The position numbers were made by a program, and so were the translations under genes. Shown one piece after another: positions 1 to 9,543 of a stretch of DNA of 64,000 nucleotides. The stretch covers positions 32,001-96,000 of the forward strand of contig JBILLK010000006.1 in assembly GCA_044376115.1 (NCBI GenBank), written 5' to 3'. Origin of the DNA: Polyangiaceae bacterium (lineage in GTDB: Bacteria > Myxococcota_A > Polyangia > Polyangiales > Polyangiaceae). Each line of letters starts with the position of its first letter. Position 1 is the first letter of the stretch. Below the pieces are notes generated by a model that was not told the DNA's origin, did not search any database, and was given only the letters and a program-made list of their open reading frames with translations.

Positions 1-635
1 AGGCGTAGCGTGTACCTGTCTCGTGCGACATACACAGATTCGCGGTGAGCGTTGACCGAAACCGCCCCCAGCGCAGGGCTCGCAAAGCTCCAGCTAGGTT
101 CCTGGGTTTGCCTGACCCACAGTTGGTCGATGAGCGAGAGCGCGGGATGGGTACTGGGCGCGGGCCCCCGCTGCGCAAGAACCATCATCAAGCTGACTGT
201 CGCAAAGCTCGTGATCGTTGCAACTCGAAGAGCAGGTCGGGGCGGCTCAACGGTACGCGCCGCGGCGACCAACATCAGCGCGCCCACCGCCATCGCGAAC
301 AACCCTTTGTCGAGCATGCTGGTAGAAAAGAGCACCAGCGCGGAAAGGCCTGCACTTAGCCACAAGGTTGCGAGGCCGCGGGCGAGCGATCCCACAATCG
401 CCCGCCGAGGGTGAAGGTCGATGCAACAGCCCACGGCCATCACCAAAGCCAGGCCTGGGCATGCAACATGGTTGCACCAGAACTTGAGCTGGCCGACGTC
501 GAAACCGCCCGGCAGCACCCACCAGGCAACCCCAAACAGACCGGCGTGAAGTCCGAAGACAATCCGCCAAACGAGCCGTGCACGCGGCCTCAGCGAAAAC
601 GATGGCGCTCTCGCGTGAGGTGAACTCGTGGTCAA
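1..635 (-). CDS. Multi-pass membrane protein, hypothetical; runs off the left edge (absent from the ORF track)
   Basis: Manual translation: open frame from TTG at 635 (upstream in-frame TAA at 645-647) to the window edge, with several hydrophobic segments (LVWRIVFGLHAGLFGVAWWVL; LATLWLSAGLSALVLFST; GLFAMAVGALMLVAAA; ITSFATVSLMMVLA). Divergent from the GNAT gene. Start uncertain. Confidence 0.65.
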   Translation of the reverse strand, partial: MTTSSPHARAPSFSLRPRARLVWRIVFGLHAGLFGVAWWVLPGGFDVGQLKFWCNHVACPGLALVMAVGCCIDLHPRRAIVGSLARGLATLWLSAGLSALVLFSTSMLDKGLFAMAVGALMLVAAARTVEPPRPALRVATITSFATVSLMMVLAQRGPAPSTHPALSLIDQLWVRQTQEPSWSFASPALGAVSVNAHRESVYVARDRYTLR

Positions 636-691
636 GACCGTAGCTTACCTTCATGAGCCGAGCTTCGCCTCGGTCGTGCTAATTCCTTCAT

Positions 692-1225
692 GTGGCAGCT
701 AAGCTTGAACTCCGTACAGCCCGCCTCCACCTCGTTCGTCTCGGCGCGGAACACCTCGAGGACCTCGTCGAACTCGACGCCGATCCCGAGGTGATGAGGC
801 ACCTGCCGACGAACGGCCCCAACACGCGCGAGCGTTACCGCGACGAACTGCTGCCGCGTATGACGGCCTGGGACGACAAGCCGTTCGGCTTTCTCGCCGC
901 CTACGAAGAAGCCGCGTTCATCGGCTGGTTTCACCTGCGTCCGAGCGTCGCTGACGCCGAGGTGCTCGAGGTTGGCTATCGCTTGCGGCGTGCAACCTGG
1001 GGGCGCGGTCTGGCGACCGAGGGAACGCGTGCGCTCTTACGTCATGCCTTTGAAACGCTGGGAGAGAAGCAGGTCGACGCCTGCACGCTTCCCGAGAACA
1101 CCCCCTCGATCCGCGTGATGGTCAAATGCGGGATGAGCTACGCCGGTAGCTTCGTCCACCCGCGGATCCCGCGGGAAGTCGTGCGCTACCTAGTTCGAGC
1201 AGAAGACGCCGTATTGGAGGATTGA
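692..1225 (+). CDS. GNAT N-acetyltransferase, RimJ/RimL family
   Basis: LRTARLHL start, DPEVMRHL, EVGYRL..WGRGLATE (acetyl-CoA motif A), ENTPSIRVMVKCGM. Confidence 0.9.
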   Translation: MAAKLELRTARLHLVRLGAEHLEDLVELDADPEVMRHLPTNGPNTRERYRDELLPRMTAWDDKPFGFLAAYEEAAFIGWFHLRPSVADAEVLEVGYRLRRATWGRGLATEGTRALLRHAFETLGEKQVDACTLPENTPSIRVMVKCGMSYAGSFVHPRIPREVVRYLVRAEDAVLED

Positions 1226-1303
1226 GGCGGGCTTGAGTGGTGCGGCCAATCAGCCGCAAGGTGGGCCTCAGAATGGAAAGCGCGCTACCCTCGTCGGAAG
1301 TAC

Positions 1304-2599
1304 GTGAGTGATCCCGAAGCCGAGAGCCGTCTTGATGAGCCAACCGCTGTTCGCCCTGAAAAGGCAGCTCCGCGTCGCAACGTCGGGCGGATCTTGCTGT
1401 GGGTGCTGCTCGTGTTCTTCGTGCTGCTGGCGGGGGCGGCTGGAGGGACGTATTGGTTCATCAAGACGCTGCCTGAGCGTTTGCGGACGGCGATCATCGA
1501 TAAGGCTGCGGAGCGCGGCTTCACGGTCGAGTTTGAGTCGCTAACCGCCACCGCCATTTTGCCTTGGGAGTCGGGTGAGCCCAGCGTCGCGCTCACCGGC
1601 GTGAGCGTCACCTCGAAGGACTTTCCGGGCGTCGACGTATCGATCGACGCGGTCGCAGTTCCGCTCACCGGCACCTTTCCGAGCTACGAGCCCGGGCTGA
1701 TCACGGCCGATCACGTAACCGTGCGCACGCCCACCTTCGTCGCGCTCATTCCGGTCGAGCGCAGCGCACAATCGGGAGCCTTGGCGAAGACGCCGGTGGT
1801 CATCAATGACCTCACCATCCGCGTGAAGAGCATCGCGGATAGCTTGCCGCTGACCTTGTTGGCGACGGTGGACCAAATCGCGATCGAAGGGCGCGGGCTC
1901 GAGCTCAAGAAGGCGCGGGTAGAGATCCCGGTGCCGTTCGTGGACCTAGCCCTTGGGCCGACCTCTGCGGAGATCCAACGCAAAGACGGCTTCACCCGCG
2001 CACGGCTCGACAGCTTCCCCTTCATCTGGGCAACGCTCGATGATCAGGCCGAGGTGCTCAAGCTCGAGCTCGAGCCGATCGACAGCTCGCTCATCTCGAC
2101 CATGCTGAAGACTGAACTCCCAGCGATGAAGATCTCCGGCTCGGTGCAAGCCAACGTCGGCGGTAAGAAGGCCAAGAGCGGTAGCTTCTCCTTGCTCCTC
2201 GACGGCTACATTCCTCCGCATCCGAAGGAGGCCTCCGGCATTGTCTTCGGCAAGCAGACCAAGCTGAGCGGCAACGTGCGCGTGGACGGGCTGATCGTCT
2301 ACTTGAATGACCTCAACGTGGAGGCTGGCTCCTTCAAGTTACAAGGCTCCGGTAGTGTGAACTTCCTGACCGGGACGCTCGAGCTGCGGCTGCGAGGCAA
2401 CATCGCCTGTTCGGAGTTGGCGGTGAGCGCGGTCTCTGCGCACCTCGGTCGCGAAGCGGCGATTCTCACGCGAGGCCTGGCGTCCGGGCGCCTTGGCGGC
2501 ACCGTGGGCGTGCGGGTGAGCGTCGATGGAAAGCTCTCAGACATCGCCAACGTGAAGATTGTTCCCAGCGCGATGGTAGGCTGCAACATAAGCCTGTAA
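1304..2599 (+). CDS. Membrane-anchored beta-rich exported protein (AsmA-like fold possible)
   Basis: Single N-terminal TM (ILLWVLLVFFVLLAGAAGGTYWF), then about 370 aa of alternating beta-strand pattern; Cys pair near the C-terminus. Confidence 0.6.
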   Translation: MSDPEAESRLDEPTAVRPEKAAPRRNVGRILLWVLLVFFVLLAGAAGGTYWFIKTLPERLRTAIIDKAAERGFTVEFESLTATAILPWESGEPSVALTGVSVTSKDFPGVDVSIDAVAVPLTGTFPSYEPGLITADHVTVRTPTFVALIPVERSAQSGALAKTPVVINDLTIRVKSIADSLPLTLLATVDQIAIEGRGLELKKARVEIPVPFVDLALGPTSAEIQRKDGFTRARLDSFPFIWATLDDQAEVLKLELEPIDSSLISTMLKTELPAMKISGSVQANVGGKKAKSGSFSLLLDGYIPPHPKEASGIVFGKQTKLSGNVRVDGLIVYLNDLNVEAGSFKLQGSGSVNFLTGTLELRLRGNIACSELAVSAVSAHLGREAAILTRGLASGRLGGTVGVRVSVDGKLSDIANVKIVPSAMVGCNISL

Positions 2600-2690
2600 T
2601 CGCGTCGAATCGTCGAATTCTTTTCGGAAGCGCGACACGCGCGGGCTGGCTTCGGACATAAGGGTCCGTGCCTCTTTCGACAGGAAGCCC

Positions 2691-3287
2691 ATGCCCTCGC
2701 TGAGTCCGCCGAAAGCCCCCGCCAGTTTGGGGCAGCGTCTACAGGCCGGAGACGCGAGCGCGCTCGCGGATTTCTACGACGCGGAGGTCGAGGCCGTGTA
2801 CGCCTTCGTTTTTCCGCGGGTCGGGCGCGACGCGCAAATCGCTGAGGATCTGGTGCAAGAGACCTTCCTCGAGGGGCTGCGACGCATCGCCGAGTTCGAT
2901 GAGTCGCGCGCCTCGCTGGGGACGTGGTTGTGCCTGCTCTCGCGCAACCTGATTCGTCGAGAGCGCCGACTGGCTCGACATCACGCTGCATGGGAGGAGA
3001 TCGAGGCCAAGCTCGCGCTAGGCGCAGCTCGGCTCGAAGAGGCGGCTCTTGCGCCGGAGCTGCTCGAACTCTCGGAGACGGCTAGCTCGGTGGAGATGGT
3101 GTTGCGCGCGATCCCAGAGAATTATCGTCGGGCGCTCTCGCGCAAATACTTGGACGAGCTTTCGCTCGAGGAGTTGGCAGCGGAGCTCTCGCTCTCGTCT
3201 GTCGCGGCGAAGTCGCTGTTGGCGCGTGCGCGTGCTGCGTTTCGCGATGGGTTCTTGTTGCTGGCTACGGCGGAGGAAACGCGGTGA
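2691..3287 (+). CDS. ECF RNA polymerase sigma-70 factor
   Basis: Region 2 (AEDLVQETFL, LGTWLCLLSRNL) and region 4 HTH (LSLEELAAELSLSSVAAKSLLARAR); 198 aa. Confidence 0.92.
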   Translation: MPSLSPPKAPASLGQRLQAGDASALADFYDAEVEAVYAFVFPRVGRDAQIAEDLVQETFLEGLRRIAEFDESRASLGTWLCLLSRNLIRRERRLARHHAAWEEIEAKLALGAARLEEAALAPELLELSETASSVEMVLRAIPENYRRALSRKYLDELSLEELAAELSLSSVAAKSLLARARAAFRDGFLLLATAEETR

Positions 3288-6200
3288 GTGAAGAGACCAA
3301 GCCTGAGTCGGATGACGCTCAACTCGAACGCAACGTGGAAGCGCTGATGAAGCACGCCCAAAGCAGAAAGGAGCTCGAGCCGGCGCGTCTCAGCGGCGAT
3401 GCGAAGGAGCGCATTCGCGCGGAGCTCTTGGCGAAGTTGCCGCGAGCGAATGGGGAGTTGCCCCAGCCCAAGCCGGCTGGGAGCAGGGTTCGACGCCTCT
3501 GGCCGTTCGCTGCTGGTGCCTGCACCTTGGCCGCAGCGGCGGCCCTCGCGTTGGTCTTCACTCAATCCAAAGAGACCGTTCCCGAACTGCAGCACAAGAA
3601 CGCAACAGCGAGCCCGCTGCTGGTGACGCTGCGCGATGGCAGTCGGGCGACGCTCGACGTCGGCGCGGTGCTGATCGAGCGCAACCGCGGTGAGGTGGTG
3701 CTCGAGGCGGGTCGCGCGGTGTTCGACGTGGCTGCGGATCGCTCGCCGCTCGCGGTGGTGACCACGTTTGGACGAGCGACGGCGCAGGGGACGCGCTTTC
3801 TGGTTTCCAAAGAAGCCGACGCTGCGCGTGTGGCGGTGGCGCGAGGAGAGGTCGCGCTGGCCGATTCGTCGCAGCGTTCGGAGGCGGTGCACGTGGGCAG
3901 TGAGGGCGTCATCCGTTCGGGAGATGCGCCGCGCGTGATCGCTGGCCGCCGCATCTCGCACGAGTTCGCCTTTGCCGAGTTCGCTGCGGCGGAGAGCGCT
4001 GCGGCGGAGGCCCCGAAAGGGGGGCACGGCAACCTGACCGCGCGAGATCCGGGCTGGCGTCTGCCGGCCAAGATCGACAGCCGCAACTTCACGCTCGACG
4101 TGGTGGTGGAGGCGGGCTTCGCGCGAACCACGGTGGACCAAACGTTCTTCAACCCAACCAACCGATCGCTTGAAGGCCTCTATTCCTTTCAGGTTCCGCA
4201 CGAGGCGACGATCTCGCGCTTGGCGATGTACGTGGACGGCACCTTGATGGAAGGCGCCGTCGTCGATCGTTCGCGCGGCCGCGATATCTACGAGGGCATC
4301 GTGGAGCGGCGCCGCGACCCGGCGCTGCTCGAGTGGATGGGCGGTGACGCCTTCAAAATGCGCCTCTTCCCGCTGCCCGGACGCAGCGAGAAGCGCGTCT
4401 TTCTCTCCTACACCGAGCTGCTCTCACGCTCCTACGACACCACCGAGCTGAGCGTGCCGATCCCCGAGTTCGACACTCCGACGCGCAAGGCCTCGGTCTC
4501 GATTCGGCTGCGCGGTGGCGCACAAACTGAGCTCGTCTCGTCGAGCTTTGCGTTGGCTGAAACTGTGGATGGCTCGGATAAACTGCTGACCTGGGAGGCC
4601 AGCGAGCAGGTGCTCGGGAAGGATCTCGTGCTGCGCTTGCGCGAGCCCGTCACCGAGCCCGAACAGAGCAAGCGCGTCTCCTTCGAGGAGAACGGTAGCG
4701 GCTACAGTCTGATCAAGCTGCAGCCCGAGCTGCGTGGGGATGCAGCGCGGGCTGATGCTCCCCGGCACATCGTGGTGCTGCTCGACGCATCGAGCTCGAT
4801 TCGCGCGAGCGCGTTGGCCAAGGAGCAGGCGTTCGTATCGGGGCTGATTGACTCGGTGGACAGCGATGACGTGGTGGACGTGGTGGCCTTCGGTCATCGC
4901 GCCGAGACCTGGAACCGACGTGAACCGCTCGGCGACTTCGTGGCCGGCGTGGCACTTTATGGCGGAGATTCGCGCGTGGATCGCGCACTCGACAAGGCGA
5001 CGGCTTTGCTCAGCGAGCGCGCGGCGAGCGAGCGGCTCGTGGTGTATGTGGGAGACGGCAGCTTTACCAGCGTCGAGAAGCCGTTGGATGGCGCTGCTCT
5101 CGCGCAGAAGGTGAGCGCTGCGGGGGGGAGCTTTTACGGCGTTGGCGTCGGACCGAACGTGGACCGCGGTGCCTTGGACACGGTGGCCGCTGGTGCGGGG
5201 GGCTTCGTGATCAGCGTGGGGGAGGAGGACTCGGCCAAAGCGCGTGCCTTCGATTTCTTCGCGCGTACGGTGACGCCGTGTCTTCGTGATCTGAAGGCCA
5301 CGGCGCTGCGAGGGGAGGCCGCGCTACAGGCGGCCGAGGTACTGATTGAGTCGCCGGTGGTATGCGATGGAGCGGAGCTGCGCGTCCTGCTCAAGACGCC
5401 CGTGGGAACGCCAGCGGATGGTGTGCGGGTTCAAGGTTCTGTGGGCGGCAAGGCCTGGGAGAAGCGAATCAGCTTCGGCGCCGCCAGCGCCACGCCGGCC
5501 AACTATCTGCCAAGGCTGTTCGCCGAATGGCGAGTCAAGGAGCTGCTACGCAAAGCGCCGATGTTGCCAGGCGCGTCGGAGTCGCCGCATCAGGAAGAGC
5601 TCACCAAGCTCGGGATGGAGCACTTCTTGGTGACGCCCTTCACCTCGTTGCTCGTGCTCGAGAACGACAAGATGTACAAGCAGTACGGCGTCGAGCAGCG
5701 CGCGCCGAAGGGGTTCGCTGTTTATGCAGCGCCGTCCACCATCCCCGTGGTGACGGAGCCGACCGACAAGCGTGGCCCACTTTCGATGGCAGCCGCTTTC
5801 GAGGTGGTCGAGCGCTCGCGTATGTCCTTCTTTTCGACCTGGGATCAGTCGGAACATCACTACCAGGGCATAGGCTTGGGCGGCATCGGCACCATTGGCT
5901 TCGGAAGCGGCATTGGTAGCATCGGCGGCGGCATCCGCTTGAGCGGCATTGGTGAAGGCGGCGGCGGCTTTGGCAGCATTCGAATGGGTGGGCGCTTGGG
6001 CGGGAGCCATCGTTCGCGACCGGATTGGGACAGCGTATCGACGCGCACGTTGGCCAGTCGGTCACCTCGCTCAGCCTCGCCCTTCGAACAACGCTTCGAA
6101 GCACGTTCCGAGGAGGTCTTCGCCGAATGGGGCACCTCGGTGGGAGACGAGTCGGACTGGCTGCGTCTCGCCTTCACCCAGGTGCGGCCCGCCGCCATGC

Positions 6201-8455
6201 GCGACTCCGATGCGCAGCCGTTCTTCGACCTCACCGAGTTCGCCCGTGGCCTTTTCAAGCTACCGATCGACGAGTTGGATGCAGCGCTTGCCCAAGCGGA
6301 GGGCGGTTCGCCGGTGCGCTCGCCGGCTTTTGAGCTCCTGCAAAAGGCGCTGGTCGGCCAAGCGTCGCGTGAGCTCGAGGACCCAGCGATGCGACTGCGC
6401 GTCGACGGTGGCGTGGTCACGCGTGAACTCACCTTGGCCTACGGTCTGCGTGAGGTCACCAGGTACGACGGTGAGCAACTGCGTCACGCCTATCCTGAGC
6501 TCGGCCTCGTCAGCTCGCGCACGCTCGGAGCGGGGGCTGCGCTTTGGCCTTCGCTCGACGGCCTCCCGTTGCTCCCCACGCTGGAGTCGCTGGATGGCTG
6601 GTCACTCGAGAAGGTCGCAGTGAACGTGCTGCGTCTATCGAATCCCGCGGCGAGCAGCGTCGACCCGAGGATCCCGAACGCGATCGACTGGACCTTCGAT
6701 GCAGAAGCGCGGCTCGTGCGAGTCACGCATCACGGCGGCGAAGGCTTTTCGGATCAACGGCTGACCTGGTCCGAGCGTGAGCTCATCGTGGTTCGCGGCG
6801 GAGACAAGCGAGTCTTCAGCTTCAAGACCGCGAGCGCGCGGCCGGCTCTGCCGCCGAACTTGCTCGAGGTGGAGTTGCCGCTGCGCAACCCTGATCACTG
6901 GACGCGCGCGGTCGCTGCAGCCGATGAAAAAGCGCAGAAGATCTTCGGCTTGCAACAGCAGTTGGCGTCGCTATGCGCGCTCAGCGACGTGAAGGAGATC
7001 GTCGCCGTTACGCAACAGTTGGTCGCGCTCGAGGGCACGCTCTCGTTGGGTGAAGCGACGCTGGCCAGCCTTGCGCTGACCCGCGGACGCGAACCTTCGT
7101 TGCACAAAGCGCTGCCGCGCGATCAAGGCGTTACCGCCTATCTTTCGGCCTTTGAGAAGCCGTCGGTGCGCTCCTTCGAGCAGGCCGCGACCGCAGCGAA
7201 AGGAACCTTCTTCGAGAAGCTCGCGGTGCTGCGAGCGGGCTATCTGGAAAGCGCTGGCGTGACCAAGCGCAAACGCGCGAAAGCCTTCGTCATGGCTTAT
7301 CCGGAAGCGCCTCTTTTGGGCTTTCTGTTTGCGCGGCGCGCTGCAGCGGAAGGCTCTTACAAGCAGCGCGCCGCCTTCTGGGCCGAGCTCAGCGAGACTC
7401 CGGCGCTCGGGCTGATCGCTGCTCGTGAACAGGCCAACGCGGTGGAGTACGGCGAGCCAACCGATCGACCCCGCGCGCTGCTCGCCAAGGCGTTCGATCA
7501 GGCCTTCGAGCGAGGGTTGCCCATTCAATGGCACTACGATCTGGCGCCAGTCATCGGCTACGGCGCGCACGCTGACGCCTTCACCCAGCGGCTGCGCAGC
7601 CGTGTGCTCGAGCGCGGCACAGGCGAGCAAGTGCTGGCGTGGATGCGCATGGACCTGAGCGAAAATCGGTATGATCGGCAGGAGAGCGCCGCCGTCTATG
7701 CACGAAGCTTGGCGGCGGTCGGTGATGAGCGGCAGCAGGTCGTGGGCGCCGAGATCCTGATCGGGGTCGGTCGCTTCGAGTCCGCCCGCAGTTTGCTTCG
7801 CCCCATTCTGGCAGACACCTCCTTGGCCTCGGTCGACGCTTTGATCGTCGGCTCGCGGATGCACGAGGGCTTCGGCGAGCTCGACCGCGCGATCGAACTG
7901 CGGGAGAAGGCCTTTGCTCGCACCAAAGGCTCGTCGCGCAAGGTCGAAGAGTTGCGTGGCTGGTACCAGGCCCTGCTCGAGCTCCAGGGCCGTCGCTTGG
8001 CGGCGGATCCAGAGGACGAGTCTCGCGTCCAAGCGGTGTTGCGAGTCGTCGCCGCGTGGCGCGCCGAAGAGCCGGGGCTTGAGCTCTTGCCGCAGGTGTT
8101 GGCCCGCTTGTTCGTACGTGCAGGTCGCTTCGATCTGGTCGAAACGGCGCTTTCGATGCAGCCGGAGCTGCGACCAGCACAAGGTTCGGCTTGGGCCGAA
8201 GTCGGTAGGGCGTGGGCTCAACTGAGCGAGCTCGACAAGGCCGCCTCCCACTACGATCGCGCGGTGTTGGTCGAGCCCACTGACCCAACGTGGCGCGTCG
8301 AACGGGCGAAGATCCTGCTCGCAAAGCCTGACGAAGGCTCGCGCCGCAGGGCGCTCGAGGACCTGCAGTTGGTGAAGAGCGGTACATGGCAAGAGCGCTT
8401 CGCGCGGGAAAAGGCGTACGCGGCGGAGTTGCTCAAGGAGCTCGAGGTGAAGTAA
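3284..8455 (+). CDS. Putative anti-sigma/receptor fusion: TM + FecR + VIT + vWA + Gly-rich segment + C-terminal TPRs (1723 aa)
   Basis: GTGA overlap with the sigma gene; FecR-like TLRDGSRATL..GRAVFDV..TTFGRATAQGTRF; VIT-like ARTTVDQTFFNPTNRSLEGLYSF..RDPALLEW; vWA MIDAS VVLLDASSS; LVTPFTSLLVLE; TPR-like helices at the C-terminus. Confidence 0.85.
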   Translation: MSEETKPESDDAQLERNVEALMKHAQSRKELEPARLSGDAKERIRAELLAKLPRANGELPQPKPAGSRVRRLWPFAAGACTLAAAAALALVFTQSKETVPELQHKNATASPLLVTLRDGSRATLDVGAVLIERNRGEVVLEAGRAVFDVAADRSPLAVVTTFGRATAQGTRFLVSKEADAARVAVARGEVALADSSQRSEAVHVGSEGVIRSGDAPRVIAGRRISHEFAFAEFAAAESAAAEAPKGGHGNLTARDPGWRLPAKIDSRNFTLDVVVEAGFARTTVDQTFFNPTNRSLEGLYSFQVPHEATISRLAMYVDGTLMEGAVVDRSRGRDIYEGIVERRRDPALLEWMGGDAFKMRLFPLPGRSEKRVFLSYTELLSRSYDTTELSVPIPEFDTPTRKASVSIRLRGGAQTELVSSSFALAETVDGSDKLLTWEASEQVLGKDLVLRLREPVTEPEQSKRVSFEENGSGYSLIKLQPELRGDAARADAPRHIVVLLDASSSIRASALAKEQAFVSGLIDSVDSDDVVDVVAFGHRAETWNRREPLGDFVAGVALYGGDSRVDRALDKATALLSERAASERLVVYVGDGSFTSVEKPLDGAALAQKVSAAGGSFYGVGVGPNVDRGALDTVAAGAGGFVISVGEEDSAKARAFDFFARTVTPCLRDLKATALRGEAALQAAEVLIESPVVCDGAELRVLLKTPVGTPADGVRVQGSVGGKAWEKRISFGAASATPANYLPRLFAEWRVKELLRKAPMLPGASESPHQEELTKLGMEHFLVTPFTSLLVLENDKMYKQYGVEQRAPKGFAVYAAPSTIPVVTEPTDKRGPLSMAAAFEVVERSRMSFFSTWDQSEHHYQGIGLGGIGTIGFGSGIGSIGGGIRLSGIGEGGGGFGSIRMGGRLGGSHRSRPDWDSVSTRTLASRSPRSASPFEQRFEARSEEVFAEWGTSVGDESDWLRLAFTQVRPAAMRDSDAQPFFDLTEFARGLFKLPIDELDAALAQAEGGSPVRSPAFELLQKALVGQASRELEDPAMRLRVDGGVVTRELTLAYGLREVTRYDGEQLRHAYPELGLVSSRTLGAGAALWPSLDGLPLLPTLESLDGWSLEKVAVNVLRLSNPAASSVDPRIPNAIDWTFDAEARLVRVTHHGGEGFSDQRLTWSERELIVVRGGDKRVFSFKTASARPALPPNLLEVELPLRNPDHWTRAVAAADEKAQKIFGLQQQLASLCALSDVKEIVAVTQQLVALEGTLSLGEATLASLALTRGREPSLHKALPRDQGVTAYLSAFEKPSVRSFEQAATAAKGTFFEKLAVLRAGYLESAGVTKRKRAKAFVMAYPEAPLLGFLFARRAAAEGSYKQRAAFWAELSETPALGLIAAREQANAVEYGEPTDRPRALLAKAFDQAFERGLPIQWHYDLAPVIGYGAHADAFTQRLRSRVLERGTGEQVLAWMRMDLSENRYDRQESAAVYARSLAAVGDERQQVVGAEILIGVGRFESARSLLRPILADTSLASVDALIVGSRMHEGFGELDRAIELREKAFARTKGSSRKVEELRGWYQALLELQGRRLAADPEDESRVQAVLRVVAAWRAEEPGLELLPQVLARLFVRAGRFDLVETALSMQPELRPAQGSAWAEVGRAWAQLSELDKAASHYDRAVLVEPTDPTWRVERAKILLAKPDEGSRRRALEDLQLVKSGTWQERFAREKAYAAELLKELEVK

Positions 8456-8481
8456 CGCGCTGCCCGCGCACGCCGACCGAC

Positions 8482-9543
8482 TCAGCCGAACGTGCGTGGA
8501 TCTGTCGGTGTGCGGCGGAAGTTGACGAGCAGCTGGGGGATGTCGTGGAGCGGTGCGACGTGGGTTGCGTAGCCCGCCCGTTGCACCGCCGCGGGCATAC
8601 CGAACACCACCGCCGTATCCTCGGATTCTGAGATCACCACCCCGAGGTGTTGCCGAATCACACGGGCACCTTCTGCGCCGTCATCCGCCATGCCAGTCAG
8701 CACCACGCCGAGCGCACGCGGCCCCATCGTCATCCCGATGCTGCTCAGCAAGCGCGTCCCGCTCGGCACATAGCGGTCGTTGTCGCGCGGCGGCCCTACC
8801 ACGACGCGGAGCGATCCTGAGGCCTCGCGCCGAACCTCCATACACATGCCGCCGGGACAGACGTAGGCGTGGCCGGCGAAGAGCGGCTCGCCGTCCACGG
8901 CCTCTCTCACACACAGCGGCGTGGTGCGATTGAGCCGGTCGGCGAAGCTCTTGGTGAAGCCAGGCGCCATGTGTTGGGCGATCATCAGCGCGCCCGGGTA
9001 ATTGGAAGGCAGGCGCGAAAGCACCGAGAGGAGCGCGCCGGGGCCGCCCGTGGAAGCTGCCAATCCAACCACGTACCGCGGTACTGTTTGGTCCGGCCGC
9101 TTACGCTCGGTGGGTACGTTCATCGTTGGCAGCTCGAGCCGGGGTGGCCTGCGCCAGTGTCGCGTCACCTGGAGCTTGGAGACCAACTCACGGCCCCACG
9201 CATCCCCGGTCAGCAGCTCCTCGGGCTTGGCCATGAAATCGGTCGCACCCAGCTCGAGCGCGCGCAGCACGTTCTCGGTTGCGGAGTAGTTCGAAAGCAC
9301 GACCACCGCGGTGGGCCGGGACGACATCAAGATGCGCAGAAAGGTGAAGCCGTCCATCTTGGGCATCTCGACGTCGAGCGTGATGGCGTCCGGCTCGAGC
9401 TCAGCCACCATGCGCAAGGCTTGCTCCCCGTTGCCAGCGTGGCCCACCACACGCACGTCGCTCGCGCGGTCCAGCGCCTCCGTTATCAGGTGACGGTTGA
9501 CCGAGGAGTCATCGACGACAAGTACCCGAATCGGGTCGCTCAT
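8482..9543 (-). CDS. cheB: Chemotaxis response regulator protein-glutamate methylesterase
   Basis: Receiver domain (RVLVVDDS, TLDVEMPKMDG) plus esterase motifs AASTGGP, QHM and LTGMADDGAEG. Confidence 0.95.
   Translation of the reverse strand: MSDPIRVLVVDDSSVNRHLITEALDRASDVRVVGHAGNGEQALRMVAELEPDAITLDVEMPKMDGFTFLRILMSSRPTAVVVLSNYSATENVLRALELGATDFMAKPEELLTGDAWGRELVSKLQVTRHWRRPPRLELPTMNVPTERKRPDQTVPRYVVGLAASTGGPGALLSVLSRLPSNYPGALMIAQHMAPGFTKSFADRLNRTTPLCVREAVDGEPLFAGHAYVCPGGMCMEVRREASGSLRVVVGPPRDNDRYVPSGTRLLSSIGMTMGPRALGVVLTGMADDGAEGARVIRQHLGVVISESEDTAVVFGMPAAVQRAGYATHVAPLHDIPQLLVNFRRTPTDPRTFG

Noticed and set aside
2600..2690. Autoregulatory ECF promoter upstream of the sigma gene
   Set aside because: No -35/-10 pair could be assigned confidently by eye.
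6971..8392. Long antisense ORFs here and elsewhere (e.g. 11312-12556, 18259-19584, 52445-53980)
   Set aside because: Typical stop-poor shadow frames of high-GC genes, with no recognisable motifs.
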